A DNA stretch of 20,000 bases from the IMG/VR virus record IMGVR_UViG_3300021961_000027. The stretch is one strand, 5' to 3'. The notes below the pieces were generated by a model that made no database searches, was not told where the DNA came from, and worked only from the letters and a program-made list of their open reading frames with translations. Positions 1-7,750 of this stretch are shown piece after piece. Both the position numbers and the translations under genes were made by a program. The stretch comes from an uncultured virus (IMG/VR IMGVR_UViG_3300021961_000027). Its lineage: Duplodnaviria > Heunggongvirae > Uroviricota > Caudoviricetes. Numbering within the stretch: position 1 is the stretch's first letter; each line of letters opens with the position of its first letter.

Positions 1-80
1 TCACATTTATCACAAAAAGATACGCCATTTACAAGTGCTTTGTTAAGTTCTTTTGAACAATATGGGCAATAGCAAATCAT
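1..80 (-). CDS. Partial (5' part only) zinc-ribbon protein, runs off the window edge
   Basis: Manual translation from ATG at 80 gives MICYCPYCSKELNKALVNGVSFCDKC with two CxxC pairs. Preceded by CTATATA-N6-ATG. Not in the ORF track. Confidence 0.65.
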   Translation of the reverse strand, partial: MICYCPYCSKELNKALVNGVSFCDKC

Positions 81-89
81 TTCAAATAT

Positions 90-127
90 ATAGGGTAGCT
101 TATACAATATTGTATAAGCTACCCTAT
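90..127. repeat. Perfect 38-bp palindrome with no spacer; possible terminator hairpin or protein-binding site
   Basis: ATAGGGTAGCTTATACAATATTGTATAAGCTACCCTAT equals its own reverse complement. It lies 6 nt past the ParB-like stop codon, with a T-run on the + side. Confidence 0.9.
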
Positions 128-133
128 TGTTTT

Positions 134-1399
134 TTATTCAGCCAGCCTAAACTTCATTCTGGCTTCTGTTGACCAATAAGATAAAAATTCTTCACAACTT
201 TGGTCGTTGATAAGTGAAGTTACCAGATCTCTTGTCAAATCTACCACAAAACTATCAACTTCCAATTCCCCTAATTTGTCTTCTTCTACTTTTGCCAATA
301 CTTGCAACCAATTTTCAACAAGTAATTGTTTAAAATCCTTGTCATTTTCTGATACATCGCTTCCCTTTTTGTTTGATGCATCTTTCTTATTCTTTTTAGT
401 CTTGCCATTTCTAGGCCCGACATTTCCATTTACAGAGCCAAGAGTAGCTGCCGTAATTACTGGAGATATATTCTGTTGTTTTGTTTTAATTTCCTTTTCT
501 TCAGCTAAAAAACTTTCCAATATATCATCGGCAGATTTTTTGCCATCATGATCGCCAAAAGTTTCACAAATTGTACTTTTGGCTTTAGCAGTATCTTGTT
601 TCTTAAGATTGTTTTTTAATTGCTTTTCGAGCTTGCCCTTTTTGTGCAAAGCCTCCTTTTCTGCTTCCTGTGTTGCTTGCTTATATTCTTGAATTCTGTC
701 TTCAGAGCTTTCGATATCTGCAAGTATCTTTGCAGCACCGATGCTCATCTTGCCACTATAGACAGCATCCAGAATTTCTGAATTGACTGGACACTCATCG
801 CTTAGTTTTGCAAGTAATGTCTTAACTCCTTCCAACCATGCAGCACTATTGCCTGTCATTTGAATAATTTTATCATCAGGAATATTCTTGTTTAAACAAT
901 AATCAACAAATTTGTACTCAACGCCTTGACCAAATTTTACTTTGGTTTTATCTTCCTCAAAAGCTAATATGTATGCTTCAATCTCATTTGCTTGATTGAA
1001 AATTTTGACAAGTACATTTTTGTACAAGTCTTTTGCGTCTACAAATATGCATCGATGATTATCGAAGCATTTGGCGTTGTTTTGAATCAAAGATTTAATA
1101 GCCAAGTATCTTCTGTGGCCATTTATTAATGTTAAATTGCCATTTGTATATCTGGCTATGAGAGGAGTCAACAATCCTTTCTGACAAATTGAAGTAGTCA
1201 AAAAAGCCATGCTCTCTTCATCCATGCCATTTGGGTTTGCATGAATACTTTCGAACATAGTTCTTGGATTAGAAAAATCAAAGTCTTCTGAATCATCCGT
1301 TACAAAAGTCTGCTCCGATATATTATCGAAAGGCACCTCAAAAAGATTTTCACTTACTTGCCTAGCCCCTAATTCTTTCACAAGTTGTGCAAATTCCAT
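134..1399 (-). CDS. ParB/Srx-like N-terminal domain protein with charged coiled-coil C-terminal region
   Basis: Motifs NPR...LTTSICQKGLLTPLIAR...LINGHRRYLA (ParBc box I and GxRR box II). AGGAG RBS at 1406-1410. Confidence 0.85.
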   Translation of the reverse strand: MEFAQLVKELGARQVSENLFEVPFDNISEQTFVTDDSEDFDFSNPRTMFESIHANPNGMDEESMAFLTTSICQKGLLTPLIARYTNGNLTLINGHRRYLAIKSLIQNNAKCFDNHRCIFVDAKDLYKNVLVKIFNQANEIEAYILAFEEDKTKVKFGQGVEYKFVDYCLNKNIPDDKIIQMTGNSAAWLEGVKTLLAKLSDECPVNSEILDAVYSGKMSIGAAKILADIESSEDRIQEYKQATQEAEKEALHKKGKLEKQLKNNLKKQDTAKAKSTICETFGDHDGKKSADDILESFLAEEKEIKTKQQNISPVITAATLGSVNGNVGPRNGKTKKNKKDASNKKGSDVSENDKDFKQLLVENWLQVLAKVEEDKLGELEVDSFVVDLTRDLVTSLINDQSCEEFLSYWSTEARMKFRLAE

Positions 1400-1436
1400 C
1401 TTGGGCTCCTGAAAGAGGTGTAATGGTACGGGGCAG

Positions 1437-1463
1437 ATTATAGACGGCCCGATGAAAAAACAA
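1437..1463 (-). promoter_or_regulatory. Probable sigma70-type promoter for the ParB-like gene
   Basis: Perfect TATAAT on the minus strand at 1437-1442 in an 84-bp intergenic gap. Upstream TTGTTT is only 15 nt away, so the -35 assignment is weak. Confidence 0.5.
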
Positions 1464-1483
1464 CCGGAAAAATTTTTTCAAAA

Positions 1484-2263
1484 CTAAATTTTGTTTTTGT
1501 CTTCTTTGAATCTCTTCAAATTTTCTGAAACAACTTGTTTTACTACTGGATTTTTATTCAATAGCTTAAGAATTGTAACGCCACCCTCATGTTCAACATA
1601 ACTTCTATGGGAAACAGCTTCTTTCATATCAAGTTTTGATATCTTGGCTGCAAATAAATCGCATTCAAACCAGCAGTATGGATATTCTGGCAGTCCTTTG
1701 ACCATATCAAAAGCTTTCTTATAAAAAAGCTTGCAAATAAATGGCAAACTTGTATCCTTAACAATCGTGGGAGCAGAATCGATTGCTTTACTCGCCTTTA
1801 GTATATCTAATTTCTTGCTCATCGGATTATTTGTCGTACTGGAGATTGCTACAACTTTGTCTTTCTTAAGTGAAAAAATATCCTTGACGAGATTCATCAA
1901 AAAATTTGGTTCATTTATTTTTACATCATTATGAATTACACAACACAACTCAGAAGTGCTTAACTTCACGCCATAATTTACAACAGCTCCAAATCCACAA
2001 GTTTTGTTCATAGTTTCTATTCGAATTCTTTTTGTGTCTTTAAATACCTGTTTTAATGTTCCGCTATCCTTACCGTCAAACACAACAATAATATTGTAAT
2101 CAATATTTCTGACAAGACTAAAAATACTTCGTACTAAAGATATGACTCGGCCATATTCACCTAAAGATGGAATAATTATGTCAACCTTTGGATATATTTT
2201 ATTTGTAACATCCGCCATAAATACTTTTTTTTCTGCGTTTATATCTAAATTAACTTCTTGCAT
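1484..2263 (-). CDS. Glycosyltransferase family 2 (GT-A fold)
   Basis: VDIIIPS, YNIIVVFDG, GFGAVVNYG, CCVIHNDV (DxD-equivalent), WFECD, VEHEGG motifs. Confidence 0.85.
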   Translation of the reverse strand: MQEVNLDINAEKKVFMADVTNKIYPKVDIIIPSLGEYGRVISLVRSIFSLVRNIDYNIIVVFDGKDSGTLKQVFKDTKRIRIETMNKTCGFGAVVNYGVKLSTSELCCVIHNDVKINEPNFLMNLVKDIFSLKKDKVVAISSTTNNPMSKKLDILKASKAIDSAPTIVKDTSLPFICKLFYKKAFDMVKGLPEYPYCWFECDLFAAKISKLDMKEAVSHRSYVEHEGGVTILKLLNKNPVVKQVVSENLKRFKEDKNKI

Positions 2264-2666
2264 ATTGTATTAATCTTTCATGATAATTTGCATCTGTTAA
2301 ATCACACAAATAAAAACCACTTTTTTCTAAAAATGCTCTATATTTTTCATCAATATCAAAAAAGAAAAAGATTTTTTTATAATAGTTTATTACACTTTTA
2401 TTGCTTACATAAAATTTCTTGATCTCTGAGAGTTCGTTGTTATATTGCTTATCTGAGATATAGTATGGCAAAGAGACAAGGTCAAACTCATAAAATTTAT
2501 TCTTATTGTATAAAACAAATTTTGGCTCAGGCTTCAATTCAACAAAACATTTATAGAAAGCATGTACCAAATTTTTTGGTAGTCTATTTAGGGTGAAACC
2601 GGAAATAAAAAATATCGCTGGTTCACATTCCTCTATAAAAATTTTATCTATACTAAAGTCTGTCAT
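2250..2666 (-). CDS. Hypothetical protein
   Basis: 138-aa ORF overlapping both neighbours in operon fashion. Confidence 0.7.
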   Translation of the reverse strand: MTDFSIDKIFIEECEPAIFFISGFTLNRLPKNLVHAFYKCFVELKPEPKFVLYNKNKFYEFDLVSLPYYISDKQYNNELSEIKKFYVSNKSVINYYKKIFFFFDIDEKYRAFLEKSGFYLCDLTDANYHERLIQYARS

Positions 2667-2862
2667 TTTCTTTCAAAAATTTAATGAAATTCTCTGATTC
2701 CTTATCATTCAACGTAATTCTATCCCCACTAGAGGATCTTACTAAATATATAATCATTTTTCTTGCTGGATTTATATCATCTTTTATGAATTCAAAATGA
2801 GAAATTTGGTCTACGTTAACATATAATTTTTCATTTAGTTGACAAAACAAACTATTGCTCAT
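2653..2862 (-). CDS. Small hypothetical protein
   Basis: 69-aa ORF coupled to neighbours. LYVNVDQISHFE is typical of small phage beta-rich proteins. Confidence 0.65.
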   Translation of the reverse strand: MSNSLFCQLNEKLYVNVDQISHFEFIKDDINPARKMIIYLVRSSSGDRITLNDKESENFIKFLKENDRL

Positions 2863-3478
2863 TCTGATTCTCCAGCTCTATATTCCAATATACATTATCC
2901 AACCACTGTTTCCACGACTTGTGATAAAGATGAAACTTTAGGTCGGATACTTTTGGTTTGATAGGTGTTTTCAACAAATTCATACCAGAGGGAAACTTTT
3001 TATTTTTAATTTCTTTTAAAAGTCTTCCTCCCTTAATAGAGTTACACTCTATGCAACTCAAAACACAATTTTGCCAAGTAGTTTGCCCACCTTGACAACG
3101 AGGAATTACATGATCAATTGTTAATTCTTCACTTCCGGGTTTTATGCCACAATATTGACATTTATATTCATCTCTTTTGAAAATGTTTGCTCTGGAAAAT
3201 ATAACAAATTTACTTGGATGTCTATCATACTTGGCTAATTTAATAACTTCAGGAATTTTATATTGCTTATTTACGGTGCTAAGAGCTTGATGCTCATTTT
3301 CAGGCTTGAATTGTGACCATTCATCCCAAGTATATGGAGTACACATATCGTCTATAACATGTGCTTTTGCTTGTGGCCCTGAAAGAAGTAAATTTATGAC
3401 TTTATAAACTGGGCTTGTGCCAATTACTGACCAGTTCTTGTTGAGAACTAGCACTGGTTGTGTTAATTTAGCTATCAT
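2852..3478 (-). CDS. HNH endonuclease (McrA/HNH_5-like); start at 3478 or 3481
   Basis: VLVLN...IPEVIKL...FSRANIFKRDEYKCQYCG...LTIDHVIPRCQGGQTTWQNCVLSCIECNSIKG. Confidence 0.93.
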   Translation of the reverse strand: MIAKLTQPVLVLNKNWSVIGTSPVYKVINLLLSGPQAKAHVIDDMCTPYTWDEWSQFKPENEHQALSTVNKQYKIPEVIKLAKYDRHPSKFVIFSRANIFKRDEYKCQYCGIKPGSEELTIDHVIPRCQGGQTTWQNCVLSCIECNSIKGGRLLKEIKNKKFPSGMNLLKTPIKPKVSDLKFHLYHKSWKQWLDNVYWNIELENQNEQ

Positions 3479-3502
3479 CATATTATTTATGATCTCAAAA
3501 AC

Positions 3503-4108
3503 TTAATCTTTTTTGGTCCATAAAATTTCTTTGAACCTTTCAACACGATTCAAAGATCTTGATATGCTAAACAATGAATCTGACAATCTATTAAGATAAG
3601 TTGTTATGGCCAATAAGGTTTCCACGCTTTTTTCTTTATCAGACATATCATAAAAATTTCTCTCAGCACGACGGCAGACACTTCTGCAAATGTGTGCAAA
3701 AGTAGATGCTGTTGTACCGACAGGTAGTACAAAATTTTGCAAATTGCCGTTTTTTGATTCTTCTTCGTCTATAAAATTTTCAATAGACTTAGTAATTTCA
3801 CTTAAGCTATCAACTGATAAATCAGTGTTATAGCCAATAAATGCTCCAATATTAAAAATCATCTCAATTTGAGTTTGAATAAAAAATTCTATTTTTTGCA
3901 AACACTCAATGACACTATCAATTTTGCTTGTTTTCTTTTCAATTTTATGTTTTGCAGAAGCAACCAATGAATCTAGATGTCCCAAATTTGCATTTAATTC
4001 ATCAAGATCGCCTAAAATATGCACCAATAGATGATTCTTCGGAGTTTTGGGGTTTTGTTTCGTATAGGTGTATCCATTGTCACCGTATTTTGTATAAATT
4101 TTTGCCAT
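3503..4108 (-). CDS. pduO: ATP:cob(I)alamin adenosyltransferase, PduO/MMAB type
   Basis: KIYTKYGDNGYT, GDLDELNANLG, FVLPVG, HICRSVCRRAER, YLNRLSDSLF. Probable start at MAKIYTK (4108) after a GAGGG RBS; the ORF track starts at 4123. Confidence 0.92.
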   Translation of the reverse strand: MAKIYTKYGDNGYTYTKQNPKTPKNHLLVHILGDLDELNANLGHLDSLVASAKHKIEKKTSKIDSVIECLQKIEFFIQTQIEMIFNIGAFIGYNTDLSVDSLSEITKSIENFIDEEESKNGNLQNFVLPVGTTASTFAHICRSVCRRAERNFYDMSDKEKSVETLLAITTYLNRLSDSLFSISRSLNRVERFKEILWTKKD

Positions 4109-4115
4109 AATCCCC

Positions 4116-4589
4116 TCACTCATCTATTGGCCATGATGATTTACGCAAATAAAACGCAGTAAACGGAATAACATAACTATATCCATCACTAAAAATTACA
4201 TGATGTTCGTAAAAAGTTTTTTTCCAATGAAACTCATCATAAAGCCATAAACATGGCAATTTATCTGAAAATCCATCTCCATATACCAACTCAAAAATTG
4301 GCGTACCATAGAATTCATATCCTATGTAAAGAATCTCTTGATCGTCTGGATTTCCAACTACAAACATATGCTCATCAGTAAGAGGACTTACAGATTTGCA
4401 AAATACATTTCTATTTGTTAAATCATAATTTTGAATAAATTTAACAACATTTTTTGGCAAATCATCTTTTATACGATCATAATGTTTTTCCAATTTTTCA
4501 ATTCTGGAATTCCAGAGTTCCTCTACACTTTCAGGTACACTGTCACTTCTGTTTATTTGATTTATTATATCTGGAGTTATAAAATGCAC
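4116..4589 (-). CDS. Hypothetical protein
   Basis: 157-aa ORF with GTG start and AGGAGG RBS. C-terminal WLYDEFH...HHVIFSDG. Confidence 0.75.
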   Translation of the reverse strand: MHFITPDIINQINRSDSVPESVEELWNSRIEKLEKHYDRIKDDLPKNVVKFIQNYDLTNRNVFCKSVSPLTDEHMFVVGNPDDQEILYIGYEFYGTPIFELVYGDGFSDKLPCLWLYDEFHWKKTFYEHHVIFSDGYSYVIPFTAFYLRKSSWPIDE

Positions 4590-4821
4590 GGGGTTTTCCT
4601 CCTGTATTGTGTCTACGGTTCATTCTCATAAATCGAGAACCACATTTATCACACAAACATTTTATGCCAAATGGATTATCACGAGTAACAGCGTGTGACC
4701 CAAGATGTTCAGCATGAATCAATCCTCCGCAAGTACATCGTACTGGATACCCATGACAGCATTCGGCGCAATGATTATCTCCACAACTATGCTTTCCATT
4801 TTCAATTTGAAGAATACTCAT
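4543..4821 (-). CDS. Cys/His-rich putative zinc-binding protein with basic tail
   Basis: HSCGDNHCAECC...CTCGGLIH...CLCDKCG. Start at MSILQ (4821) follows GAGGAGG. Confidence 0.7.
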   Translation of the reverse strand: MSILQIENGKHSCGDNHCAECCHGYPVRCTCGGLIHAEHLGSHAVTRDNPFGIKCLCDKCGSRFMRMNRRHNTGGKPRAFYNSRYNKSNKQK

Positions 4822-5077
4822 CGCCGTCCTCCTCTTCATCATCTAATTCTTCTATATCTACATCTGCTTTTTCGTTAAGAGAATCTAATGCAGTTTTTAC
4901 TAATATTTCTTGGTACGAAATAGTAAGCTTCATAGCTTCTTTTTTAGTGAACCCAGATTGTTCCAAGGTCGAATAATATAGCTTAAGTATAGAGCCTATG
5001 GATTTAAAACCAGCAGCCACTTGCTCTAAAGCAGCCATTCTTCTCAAGTAATCTCTATCTTCCATAGGATTCTCCAT
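4802..5077 (-). CDS. Hypothetical protein with acidic C-terminus
   Basis: 91-aa ORF containing YYSTLEQSGFTKKEAMKL. First gene of the leftward operon. Confidence 0.7.
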   Translation of the reverse strand: MENPMEDRDYLRRMAALEQVAAGFKSIGSILKLYYSTLEQSGFTKKEAMKLTISYQEILVKTALDSLNEKADVDIEELDDEEEDGDEYSSN

Positions 5078-5090
5078 TTCTACACAAATA

Positions 5091-5118
5091 ATTATATCAA
5101 TTTATTTTTATGATTCAA
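5091..5118 (-). promoter_or_regulatory. Sigma70-type promoter with extended -10 driving the leftward operon
   Basis: Minus strand TTGAAT-N16-TATAAT with TG-n directly before the -10, in a divergent intergenic region. Confidence 0.6.
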
Positions 5119-5124
5119 TAAATA
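5117..5124 (+). promoter_or_regulatory. T4-like late promoter candidate (AATAAATA)
   Basis: One mismatch from TATAAATA, 4 nt upstream of ATG 5129, with no clear Shine-Dalgarno. Confidence 0.5.
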
Positions 5125-5128
5125 TGGT

Positions 5129-5581
5129 ATGATCTCTTTTTACGAATATTTAGGACAAATAAATGAAGGAGCAACTTTCGGCAAAACCGGATTGTATCCA
5201 TTAAGCTATCAAGGAGTCGGCCAATATCCTCCAGCCTATTTAATTCCTGCAAGTGCAGATGCTGTTTACTATATTTCTATGGACGATAGATTACAAAAAG
5301 TTTGGGAAAAAGAACCATTCAAAATAGATCATTTAAAACCGACACCAATTTGGACTAAAAAACAAGGCACAAAACAATTTGTTGCACAAACAGCTAAATT
5401 ACCACCTGGAAATGTGGTCCCGCCTAAAGAACCAAAATTAAATGGTAAAATTAAACCGTACAAACTTACTAAGCATAAATGTTGTCCAAGTGATAGCAAG
5501 GTGCTGCCCCCTAATTTAGTGGATAAGAAAGCAGAAAAATTTGGCGACCCTTGCCCACACACATTTAAAATGCCAGATTAA
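5129..5581 (+). CDS. Hypothetical Lys/Pro-rich protein with T4-like capsid-targeting-style N-terminus
   Basis: Only credible + strand gene, filling the gap between minus-strand genes. Begins MISFYEYLGQINE. Confidence 0.75.
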   Translation: MISFYEYLGQINEGATFGKTGLYPLSYQGVGQYPPAYLIPASADAVYYISMDDRLQKVWEKEPFKIDHLKPTPIWTKKQGTKQFVAQTAKLPPGNVVPPKEPKLNGKIKPYKLTKHKCCPSDSKVLPPNLVDKKAEKFGDPCPHTFKMPD

Positions 5582-5874
5582 TCAATTACAATTGCATCTT
5601 TTTCAATTAATTTATCATTTCCATTAGTCTTTTCGTTTATATTTTTTGTAAGCTTTTCTTTTAATTCTTTATTTTCTTTTTCCAAAATAGCAATTTTTGC
5701 TAAATTTACTTTATCAGGCATAGGATTTTTCAAAACAATACCCATGCCAACAATAATGCCCAACAAAAATAAGCCTACATACTTGAATAAAAACAAAAAA
5801 TATTTAAAAAATGATAAAAGTCTTGACTTTGCACGATCAACTGGATTGTCTGGATTTGTAATTTGATCTCCCAT
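5578..5874 (-). CDS. Membrane protein with C-terminal coiled coil
   Basis: Hydrophobic stretch FLFLFKYVGLFLLGIIVGMGIVL, then LEKENKELKEKL. Start reassigned to MGDQ (5874) because CTATATA-N6-ATG precedes it; the ORF track starts at 5934. Confidence 0.65.
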   Translation of the reverse strand: MGDQITNPDNPVDRAKSRLLSFFKYFLFLFKYVGLFLLGIIVGMGIVLKNPMPDKVNLAKIAILEKENKELKEKLTKNINEKTNGNDKLIEKDAIVID

Positions 5875-5920
5875 AAAACTTATATAGTTTATATTCGCTA
5901 ATTTATGAGTAGTACATAGT

Positions 5921-6244
5921 CTACACTTGCACATTTTGTTTCTGTTTTACTGAAGTACCTTCAGAATATCCTTGTAAATACTGCAAATCTTTATATCTTG
6001 TACTTTTGCCTTTGTAAGCATGATAAAACCCAAGAACCCACTCTGGTTTAACGTCTAAAAGAAAACAAATATCTTTCAATTTTTTCCCAGTCATTTTCTT
6101 ATCACTTATCAAACAAAGTTCTAAATAGTGACAAAAGGGAGAAAATTTATTTTTTAACCTGTAATGATCACTATCAAATTCAAGCTGGAACTCATCTGTC
6201 AATTCGATGAACAGCTTTTTAGCCAAAGGCAGATAATCTCTCAT
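5921..6244 (-). CDS. Hypothetical protein
   Basis: 107-aa ORF with GGAG RBS. Confidence 0.72.
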   Translation of the reverse strand: MRDYLPLAKKLFIELTDEFQLEFDSDHYRLKNKFSPFCHYLELCLISDKKMTGKKLKDICFLLDVKPEWVLGFYHAYKGKSTRYKDLQYLQGYSEGTSVKQKQNVQV

Positions 6245-6260
6245 TACAGCTCCGGAGTTT

Positions 6261-6929
6261 TTAGATAATAGCTAACCCATCATGAGCCAAAAAAAGAAAT
6301 TCTTCAAGTGGAACATTTTTTTTAATTAATAATCTTTTTATTTCCGACTTAGTTCTATCTTGAAATTCTTCAACCCACCCATATTTCCAAGGGCCATATT
6401 CTGGCTGTGATCTAATTTGACCAATAAATTCTGTATACCCAAGGAAAAATCTTTTAATTGCAAATTCTGTTTTTATAACATCATGTTGGTTAGATACTAT
6501 CTTCTTATTATCATTTGGTTTTTTACTCGAAAACATCGTTTTTTCCCATGAATTACCAATATCATGAAAAAAAGCCATGCGTAATAATAATGTAAATAAA
6601 GATCTTTTGACATAACAAGATTTCCAAAAATCAGATACTATAAATAACAAAATTGATTCATTTGTAGTTAAAAATACTTTTGTAGGAGAGTCTATTTGCA
6701 GAATATCTTCACAAATATTTAAAAAATTAATTACATGATTTTGATCGTATTTTGTGACTGATAAAAACAAACCATCAGTGCTATAATTGAATGCTTTTGC
6801 AAAGACCTCTCTACAATTGTGCCACGACAGAAATGCTTCAGGTCGTTTTACATCGTAAATTGCAAAACTACCAGACGAATCTGATACATCAACACTCAAT
6901 ACTTTTTGTCTAATACTGCTATAATACAC
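6261..6929 (-). CDS. Hypothetical protein
   Basis: 222-aa ORF with GTG start and GGAG RBS. Confidence 0.75.
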   Translation of the reverse strand: MYYSSIRQKVLSVDVSDSSGSFAIYDVKRPEAFLSWHNCREVFAKAFNYSTDGLFLSVTKYDQNHVINFLNICEDILQIDSPTKVFLTTNESILLFIVSDFWKSCYVKRSLFTLLLRMAFFHDIGNSWEKTMFSSKKPNDNKKIVSNQHDVIKTEFAIKRFFLGYTEFIGQIRSQPEYGPWKYGWVEEFQDRTKSEIKRLLIKKNVPLEEFLFLAHDGLAII

Positions 6930-6932
6930 AAA

Positions 6933-7520
6933 TTACTCCATCATCCTAGGGAACCAATCCAAAAAATGTTTTGTGTTTTCTGTATTAAAAAACAATTCCC
7001 ATGCATATAAAATATTGTAATGATTAGAATGTAAAAACTCTAAAAATAAGTCCAAATTTTTAATTCTTGAATTTATTTCTTGATTAGTACTAAGACTAGA
7101 CATAAAACATGATGGAAGTTCATTCACATGATTTGCAAACCAAGAATCATTACAAATAACAAATGCCTTCCAATAATTAATTTTTATATCATCTAAAGAT
7201 TTCATAACATAATAATTAGATGATGTTAAAAGCCTGTCTTTAATTTCGTAAAATGTTTTGTAAAAAAAATTATATTCTACCTCAATCAACTTAGATGACA
7301 TATTATTTTGTTTTATAGAAAAGTCGCAAGACAAAGTTTCAAATCTAAAATTATATTTTTGAAAATTGTTTTTGTAATTTATAGTTGAAAAATGAATAAA
7401 ATTTATAGTTTTTAATTTATTTTCAGTTAATTCATAGCCGCAAATCCCCTCAGAGTACGGAATTGGGAAATCAATTACAGAAACATTTTCACGGAGAAAC
7501 TTTTCTGCTATAAGCATCAT
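6933..7520 (-). CDS. Hypothetical protein
   Basis: 195-aa ORF with an ATGA overlap with the upstream gene and an AGGAG RBS. Confidence 0.7.
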   Translation of the reverse strand: MMLIAEKFLRENVSVIDFPIPYSEGICGYELTENKLKTINFIHFSTINYKNNFQKYNFRFETLSCDFSIKQNNMSSKLIEVEYNFFYKTFYEIKDRLLTSSNYYVMKSLDDIKINYWKAFVICNDSWFANHVNELPSCFMSSLSTNQEINSRIKNLDLFLEFLHSNHYNILYAWELFFNTENTKHFLDWFPRMME

Positions 7521-7750
7521 ATTTCTCCTTGAACAAAGTCGTATTCCTCAAAAGTATCTGGAACCCAATTATCTTCCTCAATATCGAATCTTACAGGAAA
7601 ATCATCTTTCCAGTCTTCTAGTATATCGAATGCCCTTCCAACGCTCGATGCCATATCTAAAGTAACAAATATTATTTGTGGGGGTATGTTTGGATACTTT
7701 TCCAAAAACCCTTTATAGATCTTTTCTTTATATTCGTTTTTTTCTTTCAT
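7517..7750 (-). CDS. Small acidic hypothetical protein
   Basis: 77-aa ORF with ATGA overlaps on both sides. Confidence 0.7.
   Translation of the reverse strand: MKEKNEYKEKIYKGFLEKYPNIPPQIIFVTLDMASSVGRAFDILEDWKDDFPVRFDIEEDNWVPDTFEEYDFVQGEI

Noticed and set aside
1400..1483. GC-richer intergenic stretch as a tRNA or ncRNA
   Set aside because: No cloverleaf or convincing stem. It is explained by a promoter, leader and RBS.
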